DNA from: an uncultured Planctomycetaceae bacterium
GTDB taxonomy: Bacteria; Planctomycetota; Planctomycetia; Pirellulales; Lacipirellulaceae
Length of the DNA stretch: 64,000 nucleotides
Assembly (NCBI GenBank): GCA_964353155.1
Contig: CAYGUP010000012.1
Location: 4,828-68,827 of the forward strand
Reading direction: 5' to 3'
Part shown: positions 9,201-17,146 of the stretch, in pieces
Position numbering within the stretch: the first letter of the stretch is position 1
Layout of the letters: the number at the start of each line of letters is the position of its first letter
Notes under the pieces: model-generated
What the model was told of the DNA's origin: nothing
The model's database searches: none
The model's input: only the letters and a program-made list of their open reading frames with translations
Program-made: the position numbers and the translations under genes

Positions 9201-12200
9201 CGGGCGGGGGCGTCCCTTCGACCGTGCCGCCGACCTGCTCGGCGAGGGCCTCGGCCTTCACCAGCCGCGCCACGTAGCGCCGCCCATCGCGGTAGGCGAT
9301 CTGATTCTCTTCCGCGGCGAGGGCGATCTCGTCGAGCAACGCCTCGGCGTCGAGCCGATCGAAGTCGATCATCCGCACGCCCAGCTCGGGGTGCTCCATC
9401 GCCGCCACGCGGCCGAAGCCGACCAACGCGGCCTGCTGCGGCGACGCCGGCGGCTCGCCCTTCACGTCCACGGTTTGGGCGTTCTCGGTCGCGAGCCAGA
9501 CGCCCCGCGTCGGCGTCACGCCCCGCCTCGCGAGTTGCTGCACAAGCGGCAGCGCACAATCCACGCCGCCCCACCCGGCCGCCGATTCCCCGGCCCAGGC
9601 GTAAACGACCGCCGCCGGCTTGCCGGCCGGATTTGCCGCGAGCAACTCGGCGAGACGCTCGAAGTGCGAGACGTCTTGTGGGTCGATCGTGATCACTGTG
9701 CGGACGCTGCCGGCGGCCTCCTCGATCGTGGTTGTGAACGCCTCGCCCGCCCGCACCACGACACAGGCCCCGCCCCGTGCCTCGACCGCTTGGGCGAGTT
9801 CGTCATCGCCGAACAGGAGCGTCGGGCCGTCTGGCCAAGCCTCGGCCGTCTCTTGTTCGTTGGCTTGCCAATCGATTTGGTACAGCCAATCGGCCGGTTC
9901 GCTAGCCGGCTCCTCCGAACCGGTGCCGCCCGCCAGCCGCTGCACGCGGACGCCTTCGAGCATCGCCACGGTCCGCCCGCCGCCATCGATCAGGTAAGCA
10001 TCCGCCTCGACCGTCTCGGGACTCGGCTCGTCTGCGCCCGGGGCGGGGGTGCGGCGGACGGCGTAGGCGGTGAGCGGCTCGCCCTTCTCGAGCGGGCGAT
10101 AGAGCCGGACCGAGTCGATCCGCACCGGCAGGTACGTGCGCGGGCTGTAGCTCCCATCGGCTTCGAGCGGCAGCGTGGCGGCGACCGTTTGCAGCAGGCC
10201 GTCGCCGATCGCCGGGTGCAGCCGGTAGCGATCGAGCTCGGCGGCGACCGCCCGGCTGGGGACGAAGTCGGCCGCGGCGTCATACTCGCTCCGTCGGATA
10301 TCGTCGAGCACACGGAACGCCTGGCCGTATTCGAGACCCCGGGCGGCGACCGTCTGGTAGAAATCGCCACGCTCCAAGCGGGCGATCTGGCGTTGCTCGA
10401 AGCCGTCGCGATCAATCGACGCCGGCCGGCTATCTGGCGAATCGACCAAGGTCGCTTCGGCGTGCGCGGTCCAGGCGGGCTGTTCCGCGCCGGCCGGGGT
10501 CGAGTGGATGGTCATCCGCCGACGCCCGCCCGCGTCGCGTTCGACGATCGTCTGCAAGCGGAGCCGATCGCCCTCGGGCGGCACCAGGGCTTGGCGGATG
10601 ATGACCCCATCGACACGCAACGGGGCAGCCGTTGTCTCGGCCAGCTCGGCCGCGGCGGCGAGCGCCTGCTCGACGAACATCGCCCCCGGCGCGACGATCG
10701 ACCCGCGTACCTGGTGATCGACCAACCAAGCGGGCGTCTTCTCATCGATCGGCGCTTCGTAGACGCGTCCCTCGATGGCGACCGGCAACGCGGCCCCGAG
10801 CACCGGCGACGCATCGGCCGATGCCTTGGCGATCGACGGCCCGCCCGCTTGCAGGTTCTCGTACCAGAAGCGTTCGCGGTGCCACGGGTAATTGGGCAGC
10901 GGTAAACGTTGCCGCGTCCGATCGCGATCGACTGCTCGCCAATCGACGGTGCCACCGCCGGCCCAATGCGTGGCGACGGCCTTGGCGAGAGTCGCTCCTT
11001 CCGCGGCTTTCGGCCTGAGCGAAGCAATCCAGGTCGGACGGCCGGCGAACTCCGTATCGCAACGGGCCGCCATGCCGGCGAGGATCGGCGCGGGGCCGAT
11101 CTCGATCCAATGCTGCGTCCCGCTCCTCGCGGCCCGATCCACGCCATCGGCGAAACGAACCGTTCCGCGCAAGTGATCGCGCCAATACCGCGGCCAATCA
11201 GCAGGCGGGTTGTCGGTGGTGAGCAGCTTGCCGGTCACATTCGAAGCGATCGGCACCCGCGGCGGTTGGTATTGGATGGTCGCGGCGAAGCGCTCGAACT
11301 CATCGAGTACCGGGTCCATCAGTGGCGAGTGGAACGCGTGTGACACGACAAGCCGCTTCGCCTCGATACCCTGCTCGCCGAGCTGCGCGAGCGCCGCTTC
11401 GAGTCCGACGCGATCGCCGGAGAGGACGGTGTTCTGTGGCCCATTTACCGCAGCGATCGCCAGATGCTTCTCGCGGCCGGCAAGCACCGGCACGACGATC
11501 GCTTCGTCGGCAAACACGACGGCCATCGACCCGTCGCCGGGCGCCGAGTGCATGAGCCGCGCCCGCTCGCCGACCAAGCGGGCGCCGTCTTCGAGCGATA
11601 ACACGCCCGCCGTTACGGCGGCGGCGTACTCGCCGATGCTGTGGCCGAGCAACACCTCGGGCCGCACGCCCCAAGCATTCCAGAGGGCAGCGAGGCCACA
11701 TTCGATCGCGAACAACGCCGGCTGCGTGTAGCGGGTTTCGTTGATCCGCGAGGCATCCTCCGAATCAAACAACACCTCGCTCAGCCGGTCGGGCAACACG
11801 TCGGCCAACACGGCGTCGCAACGATCGATCACGTCGCGGAAGACCGGCTCGGTCCGATAGAGGTCGCGCCCCATGCCGGCGCGTTGCGACCCCTGCCCCG
11901 TGAAGAGCCAAGCGGTCCGCGGCGCACTGCGGCTTGGCAAGATCTCATCGGCCATCGCTCCGCTGGCGACTTCGTCGAGCCGGGTGAGCAACGCGTCGCG
12001 TGAATCGACGGTCATCGCCGCCCGGTGGGGGAAGTCGCAACGCCCCGTGTTGGCCGTGTGGGCCACATCGGCGAGGGTCGCCTTTTGGCCAGCGTCGGAA
12101 CGGAGCCACTCGCCGAGGCGGCGGGCTTGCTCGGGGACGCGGTCGGGCGTCTTCGCGGCGAGCTTCACGACTTGGTGCGAGCGGGGCTTGGGCACGGCCG

Positions 12201-13707
12201 TGGTCGGGGCGGGCCGCCCCGGTGCTTCGGCGACGATCAGGTGCGTATTGGTTCCGCCGAAGCCGAACGAGCTCACGCCGGCGATCCGCGGGCTGCCCCC
12301 TTCGGCCAAACGGCTCCGCCACGGCTGCGGCTCGGTCGGCGGGACGACGCGCGATCCGTCGATCACCGCGTGCGGGTTGAGCTTCTCAAGATGCAATTGA
12401 GGCGGGACGACCTCGTGCTTGAGCAGCAGGATCGTTTTGATCAGGCCGGCGACGCCGCTGACCGTTTCCGTGTGGCCGATATTGGCTTTGACGCTCGTCA
12501 CCCACAGCGGCGGATCGACGTCCGACTCCCTCGGGAAGACATGCGCGAGCGCCTGCAACTCGATCGGGTCGCCCAACGGCGTGCCCGTGCCGTGGCCCTC
12601 GACATAGTCGATATCGCTCGGCGTGACGCCGGCGTCGGCCATCGCGGCGTGCAGGCAGGCCTGTTGCTGGATCACCGACGGCGCGCTGATGCCGGGCGTG
12701 CGGCCGTCCTGGTTCACGGCGCTGCCGCGGAGCACGGCCAAGACTTCATCGCCGTCAAGCTGGGCTTGCCGGAGTGTCTTGAGCATAACGAAGGCACAGC
12801 CCTCGCCACGCACGTAGCCGCTTGCGCCGGCGTCGTACGAGCGGCAACGCCCCTCGGGCGAAAGCATCTGCGCGTTGCTGAAGGCGATCGTCACCTCGGG
12901 CGTGAGGATCGCGTTCGCGCCGCCCGCCAGGGCCGCGGTGCACTCGCCCCGCCGGAGGCTCTCGACCGCCAAGTGGATCGCCAGCGAGCTGCTGCTGCAC
13001 GCCGTATCGACCGCCATGCTGGGGCCGCGCAGGTCGAGCGCATACGAGACCCGATTAGCAGCGATCGACAACGCGTTGCCGGTGCCGACGTGCGCGTCGA
13101 TCAACTCGAAGTAGTCCGGCGCATGAATCGGCGCCTTCATATAGTCAGTAGCCCCGACCCCGACATACACACCGGTCGGCGTGCCGACCATCTGATCGGC
13201 CGGGCGGCCGGCGTTCTCGAAGGTCTCCCACGCGACCTCCAACAGCATCCGCTGCTGCGGGTCCATGCGGGCCGCCTCGCGCGGCGTCACGCCGAAGAAC
13301 GTCGGCTCGAACTGATCGACCCCGTCGAGGAACGCGCCCCGCCGGGTTATCGTCTTGCCGGGCCCGCCGCTGGGGGAGTAGAAGTCGTCGACGTCCCACC
13401 GATCGGCCGGCACCTCGCGAGCGCCCTCCAACCCGTCGCGGATCATCCGCCAATAGGCCTCGACGTCCGGGGCCCCGCCGAAGCGGCAGGCCATCCCGAC
13501 GATCGCGATCGGCTCCCCCGGTTCGACCTCCGGCTTGACCACCGAGGCGTTGTCGGCCGGGCCGGCTTCGGCGGCGGCCCGCATCCGCGCGGCGGCACGC
13601 GAGAGCAGCCGCTCTTGCACGCGCGCTCGCTGGTCCGGCGACAGCCTATCGGCACGGTTCCGCTTCGCTGGTCGGTCTCGCCGCTCCGGGCGATCCAAAT
13701 CTGCCAT
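6232..13707 (-). CDS. Type I polyketide synthase, single fully reducing module KS-AT-DH-ER-KR-ACP-TE
   Basis: KS DTACSSS / HGTGT / NIGH; AT GHSIG and HAFH; DH HQVRGSIVAP; ER LIHAAAGGVG; KR ITGGLGALG, HAAGVLDD, YAAAN; ACP GIDSL; TE GWSTG and GDH. Confidence 0.96.
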   Translation of the reverse strand: MADLDRPERRDRPAKRNRADRLSPDQRARVQERLLSRAAARMRAAAEAGPADNASVVKPEVEPGEPIAIVGMACRFGGAPDVEAYWRMIRDGLEGAREVPADRWDVDDFYSPSGGPGKTITRRGAFLDGVDQFEPTFFGVTPREAARMDPQQRMLLEVAWETFENAGRPADQMVGTPTGVYVGVGATDYMKAPIHAPDYFELIDAHVGTGNALSIAANRVSYALDLRGPSMAVDTACSSSSLAIHLAVESLRRGECTAALAGGANAILTPEVTIAFSNAQMLSPEGRCRSYDAGASGYVRGEGCAFVMLKTLRQAQLDGDEVLAVLRGSAVNQDGRTPGISAPSVIQQQACLHAAMADAGVTPSDIDYVEGHGTGTPLGDPIELQALAHVFPRESDVDPPLWVTSVKANIGHTETVSGVAGLIKTILLLKHEVVPPQLHLEKLNPHAVIDGSRVVPPTEPQPWRSRLAEGGSPRIAGVSSFGFGGTNTHLIVAEAPGRPAPTTAVPKPRSHQVVKLAAKTPDRVPEQARRLGEWLRSDAGQKATLADVAHTANTGRCDFPHRAAMTVDSRDALLTRLDEVASGAMADEILPSRSAPRTAWLFTGQGSQRAGMGRDLYRTEPVFRDVIDRCDAVLADVLPDRLSEVLFDSEDASRINETRYTQPALFAIECGLAALWNAWGVRPEVLLGHSIGEYAAAVTAGVLSLEDGARLVGERARLMHSAPGDGSMAVVFADEAIVVPVLAGREKHLAIAAVNGPQNTVLSGDRVGLEAALAQLGEQGIEAKRLVVSHAFHSPLMDPVLDEFERFAATIQYQPPRVPIASNVTGKLLTTDNPPADWPRYWRDHLRGTVRFADGVDRAARSGTQHWIEIGPAPILAGMAARCDTEFAGRPTWIASLRPKAAEGATLAKAVATHWAGGGTVDWRAVDRDRTRQRLPLPNYPWHRERFWYENLQAGGPSIAKASADASPVLGAALPVAIEGRVYEAPIDEKTPAWLVDHQVRGSIVAPGAMFVEQALAAAAELAETTAAPLRVDGVIIRQALVPPEGDRLRLQTIVERDAGGRRRMTIHSTPAGAEQPAWTAHAEATLVDSPDSRPASIDRDGFEQRQIARLERGDFYQTVAARGLEYGQAFRVLDDIRRSEYDAAADFVPSRAVAAELDRYRLHPAIGDGLLQTVAATLPLEADGSYSPRTYLPVRIDSVRLYRPLEKGEPLTAYAVRRTPAPGADEPSPETVEADAYLIDGGGRTVAMLEGVRVQRLAGGTGSEEPASEPADWLYQIDWQANEQETAEAWPDGPTLLFGDDELAQAVEARGGACVVVRAGEAFTTTIEEAAGSVRTVITIDPQDVSHFERLAELLAANPAGKPAAVVYAWAGESAAGWGGVDCALPLVQQLARRGVTPTRGVWLATENAQTVDVKGEPPASPQQAALVGFGRVAAMEHPELGVRMIDFDRLDAEALLDEIALAAEENQIAYRDGRRYVARLVKAEALAEQVGGTVEGTPPPDAASWRLGLKRSGSFDGLAYEAAQRTVPEAGQIEIEVHATGLNFSDVLKALGLYPGIRDAVVPLGIEASGVVTAVGEGVEHLRVGDEAIGVLPYAFGSYATTAAYAMVKKPAGITHEEAATIPIVFLTAHHALVRLAQIERGERVLIHAAAGGVGLAALQIAQDAGAEVFATAGSDQKRDLLRSLGVKHVMDSRSLDFVQQVREATGGEGVDVVLNSLPGDAIDASLGLLRAYGRFCEIGKIDIYQDHKIGLLPFQDNLSYFAIDLDRLLRERPEQVRRLFADVMQRFDEGVYRPLPFTRFATDKTADAFRYMSLRKNIGKVVVSMRPEEAEAAEEGPVLRGGGYLITGGLGALGRQVASWLIDRGAGGVALMSRREPNAEAQSFLDELRTSGAEAVCLQGDVGDADSLAASLEELPKDFPTMAGVIHAAGVLDDGLITDLDAERFAKVMRPKAIGAWHLHEATQDADSPLASVQQFVLFSSVAATLGSPGQANYAAANASLDALAQHRRTHGLPATSLAWGPWAGGGMAAGDTADAVRSKGMDLLPADEALGLMGRIMATETPAVSVLDARWEAMSKLMAGRRPALLEGLLVEADTAAGGRGDAALRQRLLGASAEERTEELVEMVRSELARVTSVAAEEIDPAAPLTAIGIDSLMALELKNNLEAKLAITLPMGKLLAGPSVVTLAEAAAEELVGEAPAAKAAEWQPLVTLREGAAGTPPIFLMPVLGGDAGAYRHLAEALPADQPVIAIRPRGLDTDDTPHDRLEDAARDYATAIRHHQPEGPYQLAGWSTGGITALEVAARLEADGATVAGVTLLDAPTPSVYDEVDTEDDAVFLAAILDFAARFAGKRVESLGGDTVDGESEHERFAKTLAIAKEAGLVPAEVDESYIRRLIAVGEALVVATRGYQPHPIDAPVRFFTPTIGGALEAVTTLTSRGVDFWRERLGDRLTESTVPGDHFTMMSGEGAAAIAQDLVQTAAASQPAAT

Positions 13708-13851
13708 GAATACTCTTTAACGACGGGGCCGGGCCTGTTCGGCCGGCTCGATGACCGTCGTCATGACGGTGATCCGCAGCGCGGTCAATCAGCAGCCACG
13801 CGTGTCCTTCGCGTGCGACAGGTGGGGTAGGTTGTTCGAGTTCTCGCCCTA

Positions 13852-15024
13852 CTATTGGACAGACTCGACTTTCTGCCAAGCATCCGCCTCGGCCGAGGCC
13901 TCGACCGCTTCGAGCACCGCGACGCAGCGGGCCCCATCGAGGAAGTCCGGGGCCACCTCGCTGCCGGCAGCGATCGCCTGGACCAAGTCGTGCACGCCAT
14001 GCACAAAACCGTGCTCGTAGCCGAGGACGTGGCCGGGCGGCCACCAAGCGGCCACGTACGGGTGATCCGCCTCGGTGGCCATGATCCGGCGGAAGCCCTG
14101 GCGGTTGGACGGTTCGTCCATCGAGTAGTACTCCAGGACATTCATGTCCTCGAAGTCCCATGCTAGCGTTCCCTTGCTGCCGCTGATCTCGAAGCGGTTG
14201 TAGTTCTTGCGGCCGGGCGCCATGCGGGTCGCCTCGAAGGTGCCGATCGCCCCGTTGCCGAACCGCGCGAGGAAGATCGCGGCGTCATCGACCGTGACCT
14301 TGCCCATGCCGGTCTCGCCGCCGCCCGAAGCGCCGACGCCCGTGCCGCTGCCGTCCGGGTAGGGACGCTCGTCGATGTAGGTCTTCATATCGCCGACGAC
14401 TTCGGTGATCTCGTCGCCGGTGAGGAAGCGGGCCAAGTCGATGAGGTGCGCGTTCAGGTCGCCGTGGGCGCCGGAGCCGGCGACCTTCTTGTCGAGCCGC
14501 CAGCTATAGGGGCTCTCCGGGTCGACCAGCCAGTCTTGCAGGTAGGTCGCGCGGTACTGACGGACCTCGCCGATCTCGCCAGCCTCGATCATCTGCCGGG
14601 CGAGCGACACCGCCGGCACCCGGCGGTAGTTGAAGTTCACCATATGGCGGACGCCCGCTTCGCGGGCGGCGGCGAGCATCTCCTTGGCATCGGCCAGGGT
14701 GTTCGCCAGCGGCTTCTCGCAGAAGACATGCTTGCCCGCCTTCGCCGCGGCGATGGCGATCGGGGCGTGCGTGTTGCCGGGCGTGCAGACATCGACCAGG
14801 TCGATGTCGTCGGCCGCCACGACCGACTTCCAATCCGTGTCGGCCCGCTCCCAGCCGAACTGGTCGGCAAACGCCTGCGTGCCGGCCGCGTCGCGGGCGC
14901 AAACGCTCTTCATGACGGGCTGGATCGGCAGATCGAAGAACTTGCCGACCTTCACGTAGGCGTTCGAGTGGGCCTTGCCCATGAACCGGGCGCCGATCAT
15001 CGCGACGTTGAGCTGGTCTGACAT
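13852..15024 (-). CDS. Gfo/Idh/MocA family oxidoreductase
   Basis: VAMIGARFMGKAH, VCTPGNTHA, HVFCEKP, GDLNAHLID. Confidence 0.92.
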   Translation of the reverse strand: MSDQLNVAMIGARFMGKAHSNAYVKVGKFFDLPIQPVMKSVCARDAAGTQAFADQFGWERADTDWKSVVAADDIDLVDVCTPGNTHAPIAIAAAKAGKHVFCEKPLANTLADAKEMLAAAREAGVRHMVNFNYRRVPAVSLARQMIEAGEIGEVRQYRATYLQDWLVDPESPYSWRLDKKVAGSGAHGDLNAHLIDLARFLTGDEITEVVGDMKTYIDERPYPDGSGTGVGASGGGETGMGKVTVDDAAIFLARFGNGAIGTFEATRMAPGRKNYNRFEISGSKGTLAWDFEDMNVLEYYSMDEPSNRQGFRRIMATEADHPYVAAWWPPGHVLGYEHGFVHGVHDLVQAIAAGSEVAPDFLDGARCVAVLEAVEASAEADAWQKVESVQ

Positions 15025-15149
15025 GCTATCGCTGGGGGTCCGACGGAGAGCTGTTTCGAGCCACGGATCATACCAAAAAGGCCCCCGTTCGGGGCAGCCC
15101 TGAGACGATCTGTCACCCTTTCGGCGGCGAATCGCCTATTCTGTGCGGC

Positions 15150-16385
15150 ATGCCAGAGACCCCGAATGCCGACGCCCCCAAGCCCGACCGGCTCCTCTCG
15201 CTCGATGTCATGCGGGGAGCCACCATCCTGGCGATGATCCTGGTCAACAACCCGGGCGACTGGGGCACCCTCTACGCACCGCTCGCCCACGCCGACTGGC
15301 ACGGCTGGACGCCGACCGACCTGATCTTCCCGTTTTTCCTGTTCATGGTCGGCGTGGCGATGGCGTACAGCTTCGCTAAGTACACGAAAGCTGGGCACAC
15401 CAACGGCGACGGGAAGCCGACGCGAGCCGTCTGGCTGCGGATCTTCCGCCGCGTCGGCCTGCTGATCTTGCTCGGGCTGGCACTGAACGCATCTGGGCGG
15501 TTGATTGGCGTCCCGTTGGGTTACCAAGCGGCCTGGGAGTGGGAAACACTCCGTTGGCCTCACGTGCTGCCACGGATCGGCTTGGCGTACCTGGGGGCGT
15601 CTTTGCTGGTGCTGCGACTCGATTGGCGTGGCCAACTGGCCGCCGCTTTCGCCGTGATGCTTCTCTATACCATCGCGCTGACCTCTCTCCCCATCAACGC
15701 TTCACCAGCCGAACGCTTCGGCGAGCGCGACAATCTCGTCCGTGAGATCGACGTGGCCGTGTTGGGCAAGCAGCACATGTGGACGCAATCGACCAGCCGC
15801 CCAACCGATCCGGAAGGCCTGCTGAGCACCCTCCCCTCGATCGTGACCGCGCTGATCGGTTACTGGACAGGGCGATCTCTTCGCGGCACCAACGCAACCG
15901 CGACTAACCTCGGAAAGCTGCTCGGTATCGGCCTCGCTATCGCAGCGATCGGGCAGGCTTGGGGGTTCCTCCCGATTCCTAACTGGGGCATGCCGATCAA
16001 CAAGGCCCTCTGGACGCCCAGCTTCGTGCTGCTGTCCGGCGGGCTGGCGATGGTGGCCTTGGCTTGCTGCCTGTTTGTGTTTGATATCGCGGGCAAGCAC
16101 TCCCCAGCGATCCAGCGCATTGCCGCCGCATTTCAGATGGTCGGCGTCAACGCGATCTTCGTCTTCGTCGCTTCGGGCTTCGTCGCGCGGGCGATTGGGA
16201 TCGTGAAGATTGGCGACCTGTCGGTGAAGGATTGGCTCTACCAGAATCTATTCGTCGGGCCGCTCGGGGCCATCGGCCTGAGCGACCCGCGGCTCGCTTC
16301 GGTTGTGTATGCGATGGCGTTTGTGGGGTGCTGGTGGCTGATCCTTTGGTTCATGTGGCTGCGCAATTGGTCGATCCGGGTGTAA
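15150..16385 (+). CDS. Heparan-alpha-glucosaminide N-acetyltransferase-like membrane acyltransferase (DUF5009/NagX-like)
   Basis: RLLSLDVMRG, MILVNNPG, HADWHGWTPTDLIFPFFLF, DPEGLLSTLP, INKALWTPSF; multiple TM helices. Confidence 0.88.
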   Translation: MPETPNADAPKPDRLLSLDVMRGATILAMILVNNPGDWGTLYAPLAHADWHGWTPTDLIFPFFLFMVGVAMAYSFAKYTKAGHTNGDGKPTRAVWLRIFRRVGLLILLGLALNASGRLIGVPLGYQAAWEWETLRWPHVLPRIGLAYLGASLLVLRLDWRGQLAAAFAVMLLYTIALTSLPINASPAERFGERDNLVREIDVAVLGKQHMWTQSTSRPTDPEGLLSTLPSIVTALIGYWTGRSLRGTNATATNLGKLLGIGLAIAAIGQAWGFLPIPNWGMPINKALWTPSFVLLSGGLAMVALACCLFVFDIAGKHSPAIQRIAAAFQMVGVNAIFVFVASGFVARAIGIVKIGDLSVKDWLYQNLFVGPLGAIGLSDPRLASVVYAMAFVGCWWLILWFMWLRNWSIRV

Positions 16386-16390
16386 CGAAG

Positions 16391-17023
16391 ATGTCACGAC
16401 TCACCGAACTCGAACTCGATATCCCCACGGTCCCGATCCCCGACCGGGTCCGCCGGCTGCTGGACGACGCCGACGACCGCGTCGAACGGTTCCACCAGGA
16501 TCACCGCGACCGCCCCGTGCCGGCGTTCGTGCCGTGCGACTTCGTCGAGGCCTACCACGCGATCGGCCGCGTTCAGGAGTTAAGCCTTGCGCCGGGCGGG
16601 CGGTTCGTCGAATGGGGCAGTGGGGTCGGCGTGGTGACCTGCCTGGCGAGCCTGCACGGCTACGACGCGATCGGCATCGAGATCGTCGACGACCTCGTGG
16701 ATATCGCCGTCGCCCTCGCCGAGGACCACCAGATCGAGGCCGAGTTCATCCGCGGCAGCTTCGTCCCCGAGGGGGGCGACGAGGTCCTCGAAGACAACGC
16801 CTACAACCTGGCCCGCAACGTGACCTGGCTCCAAACCGGCGGCAACGATGCCTACGAAGAGCTCGGGCTCGACCCGGACGACTTCGATTTCGTCTTCGCT
16901 TACCCCTGGCCGGGAGAGGAACAAACCATCTTCGACCTCTTCGCCGAGTTCGCCGGCGTCGGCGCGATCCTGATGACCCACCACGGCGAGGATGGCATGC
17001 GGTTGCAGCGCAAACGACGCTGA
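16391..17023 (+). CDS. Class I SAM-dependent methyltransferase
   Basis: FVEWGSGVG motif I, IGIEI motif II, VFAYPWP; start moved to ATG 16391, just after the upstream stop. Confidence 0.8.
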   Translation: MSRLTELELDIPTVPIPDRVRRLLDDADDRVERFHQDHRDRPVPAFVPCDFVEAYHAIGRVQELSLAPGGRFVEWGSGVGVVTCLASLHGYDAIGIEIVDDLVDIAVALAEDHQIEAEFIRGSFVPEGGDEVLEDNAYNLARNVTWLQTGGNDAYEELGLDPDDFDFVFAYPWPGEEQTIFDLFAEFAGVGAILMTHHGEDGMRLQRKRR

Positions 17024-17146
17024 CTGCAAGTGCCCGTCAACCTGCTAGCCCTCGACGTCTGTTGCGGGGCCGCGCTCAGAACCAAGCCGCTCTCCACTCC
17101 AAACCAATCCCCCGACTAACGTCGAGGGCTAGCCAACCCCCTTCGA

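Noticed and set aside
13752-13768. Rho-independent terminator between the Gfo/Idh/MocA gene and the PKS (accgtc/gacggt hairpin)
   Set aside because: The stem is short and has no U-tract on the relevant strand.
8959-13830. Long plus-strand ORFs opposite the PKS (8959-10905, 12025-13830)
   Set aside because: Antisense shadows of a GC-rich gene; Arg/Gly/Ala-rich with no motifs. The same applies to 43683-45482, 56184-57887, 58239-60287 and most other overlapping ORFs in the track.
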